DNA of 64,000 bases from a candidate division WOR-3 bacterium (GCA_029858255.1 JAOUFJ010000002.1:138637-202636); one strand, 5' to 3'; shown: positions 1 through 10,951, counted from the first letter of the stretch. Numbers and translations are program-made. The notes: generated by a model not told the origin, from the sequence alone.

Positions 1-2
1 CC

Positions 3-719
3 GGTCAGGGACTCGACGGCCGCGCAAGAAACTGGCTCTACGGTGTTTGCGGTATTTTCACATACTGCATCGAGGTATGCACGACAACGATACCACCGGG
101 ATCGATGGTGGATGACCTCTGTCAGAGAAATCTCCCGGGAGCATACTATCTATTGGAAAGAGTATCGGAATGTGGTATAACGGGCCACATATACGATTCA
201 TTGACCGGCGAGCCGTTGACTGCCGAGGTCATTATCCACAACTACTACGACCCGAACTTGCCTCCACGCAGGAGCGACGCCGTATATGGCCGTTTCCTGA
301 GAATATTGAAGCCAGGAATATATGATATCGAAATACGCAAACACGGTTACGCCCCTGTATACTACGATGATATGCAAATCATTGACGGACAAATGACCGA
401 ATTCGATATAATGATGAGCAGGACCGGAGGTGAAATGCCGGCACCGGTCCTTCAAAAAAAAATCAAGGTGCGTCCGAATCCCAGCAGTAACAACGTATTC
501 ATTGAACTCGACGACGGGATGGCGCTTACTTCACTGGCTGTATACGATGTAACCGGACGTCTGGTGAAGAATTTTGAAAATCCAGATCGTCGTATGATCT
601 GGCAGGGCGTGGACGAGCAAAACCGTGCCGTTGCCGAAGGTATTTACTGGCTATTGGGAGAGAATGAAGGAAACCAAACAATACAGAAGGTCGTTCTGAT
701 CAAGGGTTCGGTGAATTAG
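3..719 (+). CDS. M14 zinc carboxypeptidase-like protein, C-terminal part (5' truncated by window edge), with carboxypeptidase regulatory-like domain and FlgD/T9SS-type C-terminal domain
   Basis: Frame is open from base 3 (GRARNWLYGVCGIFTYCIE, resembles the M14 C-terminal Glu region); GHIYDSLTGEPL regulatory-like domain; ends PNPS...VYDVTGRLVK...WQGVD...GIYW...KVVLIK. Confidence 0.7.
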   Translation, partial: GQGLDGRARNWLYGVCGIFTYCIEVCTTTIPPGSMVDDLCQRNLPGAYYLLERVSECGITGHIYDSLTGEPLTAEVIIHNYYDPNLPPRRSDAVYGRFLRILKPGIYDIEIRKHGYAPVYYDDMQIIDGQMTEFDIMMSRTGGEMPAPVLQKKIKVRPNPSSNNVFIELDDGMALTSLAVYDVTGRLVKNFENPDRRMIWQGVDEQNRAVAEGIYWLLGENEGNQTIQKVVLIKGSVN

Positions 720-743
720 AAATAGAAATAAATCTCTCTATTT

Positions 744-1613
744 TCAGACAAACGCGATAATCAACACGCATGCAAGAACCCAGGAAACAAGACACAACTG
801 AAGAGGCAGGTCGCTGAACAGCACCCTTTCTGGAATATCCGTCTCCTGCTTCTGGTATGTTATGTATAGATACCTGAATATACCGTAGATCACGAAAGGT
901 ATCGTAAAGATCAAGTTTTTTGTACCGAACTTGGTAACGGTTTCAGGCGCGAGCGTGTACAGACAATAGGCAACTATGCATGCAGCAGTGACAACGGCGA
1001 TCATCTGGTTCAAGAGTGGCAGTGAATATTGTGACAATATTTTGCGATGTTTTGCTGCATCTTCACCAAGAAGAACGATCTCTGTCCGTCGCTTCGCGAC
1101 CGCGAGAAAGAGTGCTATCAACAAGGTACAAAGCAGTAGCCATGACGATATTTCCACATCTATCACCACCGCGCCGGCAATTGCTCTCAAGACATATCCA
1201 AATGCCACGAACAATACATCGAGTATCACTATCTGCTTCACTCCGAAAGAATAAACCAGCATTAGCAGACCGTAAATGCAGCAAACAATAAAAAAATTAG
1301 TGCCGAGAGAATAACTGCCGGCGAGAGATACGAACATTAGCACAATAGCAATAGCGCCCGCCGGCAACCTCTTTATCCTGCCGGCCGCAATCGGGCGCTT
1401 TGATTTGGCTGGGTGCTGCAGGTCCTCTCTGTAGTCAATTATATCGTTTATGATATATCCGCTGCTACTCAGCAAAGAGAAAACTATGAAAGCAATAATA
1501 CTTTTCTCAACGCTCTCAGGAATGAAAAAGTGTCGACTGAAGATGAGCCCGGCAAATACAAAAACATTCTTTAACCACTGCCGCGGGCGTAGCAATCTAA
1601 CATACACTATCAA
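744..1613 (-). CDS. UbiA-family prenyltransferase (decaprenyl-phosphate phosphoribosyltransferase-like)
   Basis: LLRPRQWLKNVFVF start, NDIIDYREDLQHPAKSKRPIAAG motif, multiple TM helices. Confidence 0.9.
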   Translation of the reverse strand: MIVYVRLLRPRQWLKNVFVFAGLIFSRHFFIPESVEKSIIAFIVFSLLSSSGYIINDIIDYREDLQHPAKSKRPIAAGRIKRLPAGAIAIVLMFVSLAGSYSLGTNFFIVCCIYGLLMLVYSFGVKQIVILDVLFVAFGYVLRAIAGAVVIDVEISSWLLLCTLLIALFLAVAKRRTEIVLLGEDAAKHRKILSQYSLPLLNQMIAVVTAACIVAYCLYTLAPETVTKFGTKNLIFTIPFVIYGIFRYLYITYQKQETDIPERVLFSDLPLQLCLVSWVLACVLIIAFV

Positions 1614-1645
1614 TAACCCTCCTCCACCTGAGAATCGGAATTTAC

Positions 1646-3010
1646 TTAGAAATCTGTGGCACTTGTGAAAGTAAAGTCACGTACCTTCAATGCGGGGACT
1701 ACTGTGCCGGTCGCGAAACGCGGTCCATAACCCGGATCACCCGCAACCAATTCCGGACGATTCGAAATACTGTGTACTCTATTCATAACATCGATGATAT
1801 TCTCGGTGAATCTCAAATTCTTTACACCCTTTGTGAGTTTACCGTTCTCTATGAGAAAAGTACCATCTCTCGTCATTCCGGTAAAGATCAGTTTGTGAGG
1901 ATCGATTATGTTGGTGTAGTGAAAACGCGTCACCAATATGCCGTGATCAGTCTCCCGAATCATCTCATCTACACTTTTCCCACCAGGCTTCATTACGATG
2001 TTCAAGGGTATAGGGCCGAACGGGTTGGGCGCGCCAAGTGCATGCCCGGTCGATTTCTTCTTCTCTTTATACGCCGCAAGTGAGTCATAGACCACGTTTT
2101 CGGCAACGCCTTTGTCGATGAGCACAAGACGTTTTTTTGGAACACCTTCAAAATCAAAAGGAAACGTAAACCCATTCCTGGCGAAAGGATCATCGACCAC
2201 CGTAATCCTATCATCAACGATCTTCGAACCCAATTTTCCGGTTAGATAAGAACGCTCTTCCTGAAATATCTTACCATTAAATGCATAAAATGACATGTAA
2301 TCAATGAACTCGCTAGCGGCAAGCGGCTCGAATATCGTGGTATAGCTACCCGGACTGAGGTCCACGGGATCTCTTGAGAGCAATGCTTTCTTTGCTGCAA
2401 TTTCTGCCAGTTTTTTGAAATCAACATCTCGAACATCACGGGCACCGATCTGAGCATATCCAGTTGAGTTACCGGTTGACATGACAATATTGGTGAAAAT
2501 ATCACCGCAGACCGAATAGGCAAAAATACCTAACGAATTTCCAACACATATCTCTGCACTACCATTCGAAACGGAACCAAAAGCATCGAGATCATTCTGT
2601 CGGGCAATGCCCACGATCACTCCAACAGCTCTCGCACGATCACGCTCAGAAAATGACCCAGTACTTTTCACACTGGATTTGAGCACGCGGTACTTGCTTG
2701 AAGGGGCTTTTGGCAGTGATACGAAATCCTTATTTTCTCTTTGATGGTGGGCGATCCTCTCAGCCCAGGCAACGGTTTCGCGTATCTTCTTAAGGTCGAG
2801 AGAATTAGTTGAAGCAATACCAAGCTTTTTCCCGAGTACGACCCGAATTGAAATACTACTGTTGGACTCACTGACATTCTGATGGATATAGTTGTTCGCA
2901 AAACGAGTAAGGGCTTGTTCATGATTCAAGATAGACACCTCAACCTGATCGGCCTTTGAGTTATCTTTCACAAAATTAACGATTCTTCTGGCTTCTCTTT
3001 TTCCAATCAT
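1646..3010 (-). CDS. TldD/PmbA family protein (PmbA/TldE-like, no HExxxH)
   Basis: TRFANNYIHQN, FDFEGVP, STGHA, FTGMTRDGTFLIENG motifs. Confidence 0.9.
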   Translation of the reverse strand: MIGKREARRIVNFVKDNSKADQVEVSILNHEQALTRFANNYIHQNVSESNSSISIRVVLGKKLGIASTNSLDLKKIRETVAWAERIAHHQRENKDFVSLPKAPSSKYRVLKSSVKSTGSFSERDRARAVGVIVGIARQNDLDAFGSVSNGSAEICVGNSLGIFAYSVCGDIFTNIVMSTGNSTGYAQIGARDVRDVDFKKLAEIAAKKALLSRDPVDLSPGSYTTIFEPLAASEFIDYMSFYAFNGKIFQEERSYLTGKLGSKIVDDRITVVDDPFARNGFTFPFDFEGVPKKRLVLIDKGVAENVVYDSLAAYKEKKKSTGHALGAPNPFGPIPLNIVMKPGGKSVDEMIRETDHGILVTRFHYTNIIDPHKLIFTGMTRDGTFLIENGKLTKGVKNLRFTENIIDVMNRVHSISNRPELVAGDPGYGPRFATGTVVPALKVRDFTFTSATDF

Positions 3011-3139
3011 ACAACTCCTTTTCTGTGATAATGCATGTCATATTCTATATGGAATCCCATCTAAGTCAATCAATATTTATACCCATGCGAGCATTAATAT
3101 TAATGCCTATTGTTCGATTACTGGTATCTGTCGTGACTA

Positions 3140-3694
3140 CTAGAGATGTTCGATGAGTATCTTCACACCAATCAGTATTAACATTAAACCACCAACGACC
3201 CTTATCCGAGCTTTGAAAAATATACCCAATTTATCACCAAGGTAATATCCGATAAAAGAGAGCAAGAAGGTAACTGCGCCAATAATGAGTACAGTACGTA
3301 AGATGGCCGCATCTAATAATGCTAAACTGACACCCGCTGCCAGGGCATCAATACTCGTCGCAATGGAAAGGAGCAAAAGAATATGAAAATCAAGTGGATT
3401 AGTACCGGACCGCTGGGATTCAGTCTGCAAGGACTCGTATATCATGTGTAACCCGATGAAGCAGAGCAGAATGAAAGAAACCCAGTGATCGATGCCGCTT
3501 ATGATGTTCCTGAATAATGAACCCGCCGCCCAACCTATTAAGGGCATGCCGGCCTGAAAAAAACCAAAGAATATACCTATCCTTAGAGCATGCCTTAATC
3601 GTACCCGGGTGGCAACAATACCGCTGCTAATAGCAACGGCAAATGCATCGAGGGCAAGCCCAATAGCCATGAAAAATGTCACATATATGTTCAT
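3140..3694 (-). CDS. mntP: Manganese efflux pump MntP
   Basis: LALDAFAVAI and ATSIDALAAG DUF204 repeats; FGFFQAGMP. Confidence 0.9.
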   Translation of the reverse strand: MNIYVTFFMAIGLALDAFAVAISSGIVATRVRLRHALRIGIFFGFFQAGMPLIGWAAGSLFRNIISGIDHWVSFILLCFIGLHMIYESLQTESQRSGTNPLDFHILLLLSIATSIDALAAGVSLALLDAAILRTVLIIGAVTFLLSFIGYYLGDKLGIFFKARIRVVGGLMLILIGVKILIEHL

Positions 3695-3784
3695 AAATAA
3701 AAAATAATGCCATGTTGTCTAATCACATCTAAATCTGCCTTACCTAAAAGATTGGATTCAATGTCCGATTCGAATACAAGGTGG

Positions 3785-3812
3785 ATTATACATTGCATTT
3801 TATGACTGTCAA
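3785..3812 (-). promoter_or_regulatory. sigma70-type promoter for mntP (TTGACA-16-TATAAT)
   Basis: Perfect hexamers on the minus strand with a 16-bp spacer, about 90 nt upstream of the ATG. Confidence 0.75.
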
Positions 3813-3842
3813 CAAATATCAAATAGTGCGATTTTCGATTTA

Positions 3843-4526
3843 CTACGATGTGTTCCGGGGAGTCAACACGAAAAATAGACTCGACTCATCGACTTCTTCG
3901 ATGTGAATACCAACCGGCAGATCTTTCACAATAGCACGAAACTGCTCGGGAACAACCGTCGTCGCTGCGAAGCCGTCCTTGCAGACGATGAGACCGTCAC
4001 GCGTCTTATCGAGATCAATCTCACCGATCAACCCTTCTTGGGCTTGCAGTTCAAACCAACACAGACGATCTGCCCATATTTTTGGTGAATAACTGGAAAA
4101 AAATATTTTTCCATTTTCTTTTACTACGCGGAGGCTCTCGCGTACAAGTTCTTTCTCATCGACATGAAATGCAGAGATACCATTCTGGATACAAAATACA
4201 TGTTCAAATGAATTGTCGGCAAATCCCATTCTCATTGCATCCATAACTGCCAGGTGACAATTGCCATACCCCTGCATGAAACGCAGAGCATATTCAATAT
4301 TCGAAACTGATATATCTACACCGTATATTGCTCCGGACCTTGCCGACAGGTATTGCAGAACACGTCCGTATCCGCACCCTAGTTCAAGCACGCTATCGCC
4401 GGGTGCTATGTGGCGTGCTACATAACCCATCTCAGACACCAGATACTGCCGGATGCGCGGCGGCGCCAAGTCATAGCAGCGTCTCAATCGAGTACCAGAC
4501 AATTTATCCCGGTAGTATCCAATCAT
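3843..4526 (-). CDS. Class I SAM-dependent methyltransferase
   Basis: VLELGCGYG motif I, GVDIS, SLRVVKENG. Confidence 0.85.
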   Translation of the reverse strand: MIGYYRDKLSGTRLRRCYDLAPPRIRQYLVSEMGYVARHIAPGDSVLELGCGYGRVLQYLSARSGAIYGVDISVSNIEYALRFMQGYGNCHLAVMDAMRMGFADNSFEHVFCIQNGISAFHVDEKELVRESLRVVKENGKIFFSSYSPKIWADRLCWFELQAQEGLIGEIDLDKTRDGLIVCKDGFAATTVVPEQFRAIVKDLPVGIHIEEVDESSLFFVLTPRNTS

Positions 4527-4565
4527 CGAACCCTTGAAAGGAAGGTCTTCGTATCTCTGATGTGG

Positions 4566-5732
4566 CTATTCCAATTCGTCGAGCCAGCCGGCTGTCGCTA
4601 CAAGCCTGCGTTTGAAGAATTTGCCCAGATTATCCGGGTCCTTAGCCTGATGGTATCTGAAGTACATGTAGCCATCCAGAAGACCCAATATCTCGATCTT
4701 CCCGGTTCTGTGAGACATGACGTATCTGAACCGCTTGCTTGGACCATCTAGCATCTTCTTCGCGTTCTCGACTACCTGCAGTCCTTTGTGAAGTAGCAGC
4801 TGAAAGTTGTGTTTCACACGCTTCACCGGTCGGCATTGGAATACATAGTACGGTTGTATACCCACCCTCAGTAATTCCTTCTGAAGGGCAGCCAGCACGT
4901 CTGGTGTATCGTTCACGCCTTTAAGGAGAACGGTCTGGTTGCTAACCGTAACCGAGGCACGCTCAAGAGCCTTAACCGCGGCTATGGTCTTCTCCGAAAT
5001 CTCACGGGGGTGATTTATATGCGCTACCACAATGATCCTCTTCTTACGTAGTGCATAATACCTGAACAATGCAATAAGGTGCTTATCCTGAAGAATCCTA
5101 TCTGGCAACGCGACTGTAATCTTTGTGCCAAACCTGATGAAATTGAGATGGTCGATAGCAGAGAGTTTCTGCAAGAAACGTTCAATAATATCCGTGGTAA
5201 GAATCAATGGATCGCCACCGCTTATCAAGACATTGGTGATCTCAGTATGCTTTTCAATATATTTTACCGCATCATTGAACCGTTTCAGTATTTCACCAGT
5301 TTCCAATCCGATCAACCTCTTCCTGAAACAATAACGGCAGTAGGTGGCACAGCGGTTTGTCGCGAGTATCAGTGCCGTCTGCGCATACTTGTGTTGAAGT
5401 CCAGGCATTTTTGTGTTGGACAACTCACCGCTTGTATCATACTGTCCAAGAAGATTGAACTCCTCGGCCGACGGCACGATCATCTTCCTTATCGGATCAT
5501 CAGGATCATTCCGATTAACGAGAGAAAGATAATGATGGGTGATACGCATGGGATGTCTCTCAATGACATCTGAGATCTGTCTTTTTTCCCGTTGAGAAAG
5601 TCTAAGGTGTCTATCCAAATGCTCCACACTTCGTACGCTTTCTCTTAGCTCGCGACGCCACACATCGTCGACAGGTATCTTCTCGCGGTTTGTATTTGCT
5701 CTAATCAATATGGTCACCTCATTTCCTGGCAT
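4566..5732 (-). CDS. KamA-family radical SAM protein (lysine/glutamate 2,3-aminomutase-like)
   Basis: GLQHKY, CATYCRYCFRKR, ISGGDPL, HINHPREI, NQTVLLKGVND, QPYYVFQC. Confidence 0.9.
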   Translation of the reverse strand: MPGNEVTILIRANTNREKIPVDDVWRRELRESVRSVEHLDRHLRLSQREKRQISDVIERHPMRITHHYLSLVNRNDPDDPIRKMIVPSAEEFNLLGQYDTSGELSNTKMPGLQHKYAQTALILATNRCATYCRYCFRKRLIGLETGEILKRFNDAVKYIEKHTEITNVLISGGDPLILTTDIIERFLQKLSAIDHLNFIRFGTKITVALPDRILQDKHLIALFRYYALRKKRIIVVAHINHPREISEKTIAAVKALERASVTVSNQTVLLKGVNDTPDVLAALQKELLRVGIQPYYVFQCRPVKRVKHNFQLLLHKGLQVVENAKKMLDGPSKRFRYVMSHRTGKIEILGLLDGYMYFRYHQAKDPDNLGKFFKRRLVATAGWLDELE

Positions 5733-5917
5733 ACTTACGCTCTATGATCCATACTAGTGCGAAAGAAATTTTACGTACGTTTATTATAAACAATATAAAG
5801 CATCGTGTCAATGCTCTAAAGCATTACATATTGACCAAATTATCAAATTGGGAGTGATATTATGCTACAGGACGTACATGTCCTTCAAAGTCGGGACGAC
5901 ATGCACTTGGATCACGG

Positions 5918-7819
5918 TCACGATCGGAAAGTCATCTCAAAAACAGTTCCAGTGTTCTTATGACTTGTTATGCTGATATTACCACCGTGATCCTTGATTA
6001 TTTTTTGTGCTATATACAAGCCCAGACCAGTTCCACTTTTCTTCGTGCTATAATATGGACTGAATACACGCTTTTTTTCTTCTTCGTCCATACCGATGCC
6101 GTTATCAGCGACAATGAGCCTTATTCCTCCTCGAGACCCGGTCAGACTGATATCAATTCTTGGTTTACGGTCCTTCACCGAACCCACCGCGTCGATGGCA
6201 TTCAGCACGATGTTCAAAATAGCCCTTCTAAAATCGTCCGGACTACCAACAAGATTTGTGTCAGTCTCAACGTTCTTCTTCATGTCTATGTTCTGCTCCC
6301 GAATATTGTTCTCTACCAACGGTTCCATATCCCTCAGAATCCCGGCAATGCTGAACGACGTCTTTTCTCTCATCCTTGGTCTTGCAAGCATCAAGAAATC
6401 ATTGACCGTTTTCGTAAGAACCTCTATCTCATGCTTCAGGCTCTCCGTAATGCGCATATAGTCAGCGTCCTCATTGGGAAATTCTTTGGTCAACCTCTGT
6501 ATTCCAATCGACAGACCGTTCAACGGGTTCTTTATCTCATGAGCGAGATTCGCTACCAGATTACCGAGGAAAACAAGCCGCTCTGCCTCTTCCCTCTCCC
6601 TCTCAAACTCCCGTATTTTCGTAACGTCGTGCAGTATGGTAATAGCTCCCGAAATTCTTTGTCGATCATCGAATAGCGGATATGCTGCATATCGGATGTC
6701 CCTGCCAAAAACCCGCTTCTCATCGGCGATCTTCTTGCCCTCCTTCATCACTTTTTCGATATCAAAAGGATCATCAGAGAATACTCTGTCATAGTTGTTA
6801 CCGACGAGGAAATCCTCACCGAAGGCAGACAGTGTGCAGAACATCTCGTTAACTGCACTGATCGCCTTCTTTTGGTCGATCAACAATACACCATCCTCTA
6901 CTGCTCCGAGGGTCTTATGGAACAGATCTTTGATATTTGCGTAAGATTGATAGTTCATCAGCCAGAGAATCAGAAAAAAACTCGCGCCGAATATGATCAC
7001 GAACAGAGCGATAAGCTGCCCTTCTGTCCTCCTAACATGCCGATAATAGCTATCGAGGCTTATCCCAATTCTGAAGATACCAACCATCTCGTCCTCGATG
7101 ATAAACGGGCGGACCAACTCAAGCACATTCTTATCATTGAATTCCTCGATGCGGCTGGTCTCAGTCCTGTTTTCAATAACCTTGACCAGCTCCGGATCAT
7201 CTTCAATCCTACTTATCGTCTCAACATTGGGCGTGGCAAATAATATGCCTTCGGTGTCCTGAAGCACAAGGTAATTCAACATCGGATTTGCCGCCATTTG
7301 ACTTATGATCTTATTAATACCATATTCAGTGCGAAATTCTTTGATACCCTCAGCGGGTAGTTCGATCTGATATATACGTTCGGTAATCACGTAAACAAAC
7401 CGCATGAGTGTTTCGTTCCCAACATCAAAATACTCAAAAGATATCGGCTCAGCTTGTTCGAATATTCTATCGCTGATAAGAAACGGCGTTCCCGAAGCCA
7501 TGATCATTTTTCTGGTGCTCCTACTGAACACCGCGACCGAGCGAAAACCAAAACTCAGTCTCACATTTGCGGTATTTGTTGTTGTCAGGTCGGCATCGAG
7601 CGCACTACAAGCGCCGATCAACTTATTGATGAGTTCATCCTCCAGGCGGGCTTCTGCAAAGATCAAATTCTCCTGGGTCGAGGCAATAACCGAGAGGAAG
7701 GAACGTGCCTGTTCTTTGATCAGATCGAGCATTATCCTTCGGCCACTAATCAAGCCGAGTGTCAAAAAAGTTCCAAGCAGCAATAGAAGTATAATTGCCA
7801 ACAAAAAATAACGCTTCAT
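5918..7819 (-). CDS. Membrane sensor histidine kinase with PAS-like domain
   Basis: LAHEIKNPL H-box, NAIDA N-box, DNGIG, GTGLGL; two TM segments; start placed at MKRYF (an upstream ATG is possible). Confidence 0.9.
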   Translation of the reverse strand: MKRYFLLAIILLLLLGTFLTLGLISGRRIMLDLIKEQARSFLSVIASTQENLIFAEARLEDELINKLIGACSALDADLTTTNTANVRLSFGFRSVAVFSRSTRKMIMASGTPFLISDRIFEQAEPISFEYFDVGNETLMRFVYVITERIYQIELPAEGIKEFRTEYGINKIISQMAANPMLNYLVLQDTEGILFATPNVETISRIEDDPELVKVIENRTETSRIEEFNDKNVLELVRPFIIEDEMVGIFRIGISLDSYYRHVRRTEGQLIALFVIIFGASFFLILWLMNYQSYANIKDLFHKTLGAVEDGVLLIDQKKAISAVNEMFCTLSAFGEDFLVGNNYDRVFSDDPFDIEKVMKEGKKIADEKRVFGRDIRYAAYPLFDDRQRISGAITILHDVTKIREFEREREEAERLVFLGNLVANLAHEIKNPLNGLSIGIQRLTKEFPNEDADYMRITESLKHEIEVLTKTVNDFLMLARPRMREKTSFSIAGILRDMEPLVENNIREQNIDMKKNVETDTNLVGSPDDFRRAILNIVLNAIDAVGSVKDRKPRIDISLTGSRGGIRLIVADNGIGMDEEEKKRVFSPYYSTKKSGTGLGLYIAQKIIKDHGGNISITSHKNTGTVFEMTFRS

Positions 7820-7959
7820 GCCTTTACCCATTTCCATTTCATAATAACCAAAAGATGCAATGAAGTCAACTAGATGTCTAGTAAGAACGCCTTGCAATTG
7901 CAGCAATCAAAGGTATAATCGGACAGTGCTGCAATCAATTAAAGCAAGGAGGTAATATA

Positions 7960-8523
7960 ATGGCCAAGAAAAAAATTGCATCTAAAATACCAGTCTACCC
8001 GATGCCGGTTATGATTGTCGGTGCAGAAGTAGAGAACAAACCCAATTTTCTAACTGTGGTATGGTTCAGTATGGTCAATTTCAAACCACCGACCATTGCT
8101 GTCATCCTCAACAAAGCACATTATACTAATAAAGGCATATACAAGAATAAAACATTCAGTATCAACATCCCGACGACACAACTGATCGAGGCCACTGACT
8201 ACTGCAGTGTTGTCTCTGGCTATGACCATGATAAATCAAAAGTATTCGACGTATTCTACGGTGAATTGAAGAACGCACCGATGATTCAGGAATGCCCGCT
8301 CACTGCTGAGTGTCGGGTCATACAAACACTTCAATTCGCGACGCATGAGGTGTTCGTGGGCGAAATCGTCAAAACCTATGCAGATGACGCGGTATTAACC
8401 CACGAACATCCTGACATAGCAAAAATCAAACCGATCCTCTATTCAATGTATGACAACTGTTATTGGGAAATGGGCAAAAGTATCGGACGAGCGATGCATA
8501 TTGGCAAACGGTTAAAAACATAG
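7960..8523 (+). CDS. Flavin reductase-like (flavoredoxin) protein
   Basis: YPMPVMIVG, FSINIP, APMIQECPL..EC, HEVFVGEI; AGGAGG RBS. Confidence 0.85.
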   Translation: MAKKKIASKIPVYPMPVMIVGAEVENKPNFLTVVWFSMVNFKPPTIAVILNKAHYTNKGIYKNKTFSINIPTTQLIEATDYCSVVSGYDHDKSKVFDVFYGELKNAPMIQECPLTAECRVIQTLQFATHEVFVGEIVKTYADDAVLTHEHPDIAKIKPILYSMYDNCYWEMGKSIGRAMHIGKRLKT

Positions 8524-8680
8524 GTCGCTCAAGACTACACTAAATGGAAATCAGCACTTCTCCCGTTTGCCCGGCAAACAAACCGGACAAACCCACGCTG
8601 ATCGATTTAGCTAGCAAAAAACACAACATCACATAATTGACTAACACTAGAAAATCGATAATATATAGCACGGAGGCATA

Positions 8681-9583
8681 ATGAAAAGAGACTTTCTCAC
8701 CATGTTCGATCTGACGAAAGACGAGATTTTCGATATATTTGAGCTCGCGAAGACCCTTAAAGATTCGCAGAAGAAAGGAGTGGAACATCGTATTCTCAAA
8801 GACAAAACCCTGGCCATGGTCTTTGAAAAACCCTCCCTGAGAACCAGGGTGACATTTGAAACAGGCATGACGCAGCTTGGCGGACACGCAATATACCTTG
8901 CACCTTCTGATATCCAGCTGGGAAAACGCGAATCTGTGCCTGACGCTGCTCATAACCTTTCCCGCTGGGTTGACATGGTCATGGCCCGTGTCTTTGCTCA
9001 TAAAACGGTTGAAGATTTGGCAGAAAATGCAATGATACCGGTAATTAACGGCCTTTCTGATCTGGAGCATCCATGCCAGGTCATGGCCGACCTTTTCACC
9101 ATAATCGAAAAGAAGGAACACCTCGACAATATCACCCTTGCGTACGTGGGCGATGGTAACAACGTATGTAATTCATTCGTGGCAGCTTCCATAGTACTCG
9201 GCTTCAGACTCAAGATCGCAACACCAGCTGGTTATGAGCCGAACAATGACTATACCGCGAAGGCAAGGACCACGACCCTGACGACTGATCCACGTGACGC
9301 AGTGACCGATGCCGATATCGTATACACCGATGTATGGGCTTCCATGGGACAGGAAAAAGAGGCTGCCCAGAGGAAAAAGATATTCAATAGGTTTCAGCTC
9401 AACGCCGAACTGCTGACGCACGCGAAAAAAGAGTATCTCGTAATGCATTGTCTGCCTGCACACCGTGGTGAGGAAATTACCGATGAAGTAATTGACGGAC
9501 CGCATTCGATTGTGTTCGATGAAGCGGAGAACAGACTGCATGTTCAGAAAAGCATAATGGCCTGGCTCGTTCAACAACGCTAA
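8681..9583 (+). CDS. argF: Ornithine carbamoyltransferase
   Basis: FEKPSLRTR, HPCQ, YTDVWASMG, HCLPAHRG. Confidence 0.95.
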   Translation: MKRDFLTMFDLTKDEIFDIFELAKTLKDSQKKGVEHRILKDKTLAMVFEKPSLRTRVTFETGMTQLGGHAIYLAPSDIQLGKRESVPDAAHNLSRWVDMVMARVFAHKTVEDLAENAMIPVINGLSDLEHPCQVMADLFTIIEKKEHLDNITLAYVGDGNNVCNSFVAASIVLGFRLKIATPAGYEPNNDYTAKARTTTLTTDPRDAVTDADIVYTDVWASMGQEKEAAQRKKIFNRFQLNAELLTHAKKEYLVMHCLPAHRGEEITDEVIDGPHSIVFDEAENRLHVQKSIMAWLVQQR

Positions 9584-9590
9584 TCACGTT

Positions 9591-10862
9591 ATGTCGGCCC
9601 AACAGATACTCTGTCTCATAATCTTCGTAATCACCTATGTCGCGATAATTTCATTCCACAAGTACAAATTTCTCATAGCCTGGATCGGGATTGGTTTCAT
9701 ATTAATTTTCGGCATCCTGTCTCCTCCCAAACTGCTCCAGTATATTAACTGGAATATACTCGGCATATTCTGGGGCAGCCTCGTTGTCGCTGAACTATTC
9801 ATACACTCAAGAATACCAGCATATCTTGCAGAAATAATCATCGACCGGTCGAAGAATCTTGTCTGGGCGATAATCTGGCTCTCGGCCTTCAGTGGCGTAA
9901 TTTCGGCATTTGTCGAGAATGTAGCTACTGTTATGATCGTAGCACCGATTGCATTTGAGGTTTCCCGCAAACTAAAGGTTTCACCAGTACCCTTCATCCT
10001 CGGTATCTGCCTCTCCTCGAATCTCCAGGGTACAGCAACGCTGGTTGGTGACCCACCCAGCATGATACTTGCAAGTTATACACGTATGACGTTTAACGAC
10101 TTCTTCTTCTTCAATGGACGACCTGGCCTTTTCTTCGCAGTCGAGGTTGCCGCGATCGTTTCACTCATCGTTCTGTATTTTCTCTTTAGAAAACACAAGG
10201 AGCCCATCCAGCCTATCCGCCCGGAGAAAATCGTCAGCAAATTCCCTGGTTTTCTGCTTATCGGTCTAATCCTGGCTCTTGCTATCGCATCATTCTTTGG
10301 TGGATTCATGGACTATCTGGGTGGTCTTGTGTGCCTGATCTTTGGTGCCATCGGCATAGCCTGGAGCTTCTTTTCTGCTAAGATCAAGACATTTCACATA
10401 CTCAGAGACATGGATTGGGAAACCCTTTTTTTTCTGGCTGCAATATTCGGCATTGTCGGCTCATTGACCGAAACTGAAACTACCACTTTCCTTGCCCATG
10501 CTGTAGGCAAATTGACTTCAGGTAATCTGGTAGTGACCTATCTTATCCTGGTGGTGTTTTCGGTTTTCATCTCGGCGTTTGTTGACAATGTCCCCTATTT
10601 TACCGCTCTGGTCGGCATAATACCGATGCTTGCCTCGTCATATGGATACCCGGTGCACCTTCTGCTGTTCGGTGCAATAATCGGAACGACCGTCGGTGGA
10701 AATATAACACCGATCGGAGCATCAGCAAATATTGTTGGTGTAGGGCTACTAAAGAAACATGGCCATGCTGTGAACTTTTATGATTTCATAAGGATAGGCC
10801 TCCCCTTCTCAATTTTCGCAGTCGCCGCAGGAGCAATCTTTGTCTGGATATTCTGGGCGTAG
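9591..10862 (+). CDS. ArsB/NhaD/CitMHS-family ion transporter
   Basis: SAFVENVATV, ATLVGDPP, SAFVDNVP, GGNITPIGASAN; about 12 TM. Confidence 0.85.
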   Translation: MSAQQILCLIIFVITYVAIISFHKYKFLIAWIGIGFILIFGILSPPKLLQYINWNILGIFWGSLVVAELFIHSRIPAYLAEIIIDRSKNLVWAIIWLSAFSGVISAFVENVATVMIVAPIAFEVSRKLKVSPVPFILGICLSSNLQGTATLVGDPPSMILASYTRMTFNDFFFFNGRPGLFFAVEVAAIVSLIVLYFLFRKHKEPIQPIRPEKIVSKFPGFLLIGLILALAIASFFGGFMDYLGGLVCLIFGAIGIAWSFFSAKIKTFHILRDMDWETLFFLAAIFGIVGSLTETETTTFLAHAVGKLTSGNLVVTYLILVVFSVFISAFVDNVPYFTALVGIIPMLASSYGYPVHLLLFGAIIGTTVGGNITPIGASANIVGVGLLKKHGHAVNFYDFIRIGLPFSIFAVAAGAIFVWIFWA

Positions 10863-10951
10863 CACAATTGTCATCGCTGCCACCGATCATGATCGCCCTT
10901 GTTTTGGATATACTACTTGATTTATGACCACTGATATATATAATTTTCTCG

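Noticed and set aside
3695-3784. yybP-ykoY Mn riboswitch upstream of mntP
   Set aside because: The conserved GGGGAGUA and GAGACC-type motifs are absent.
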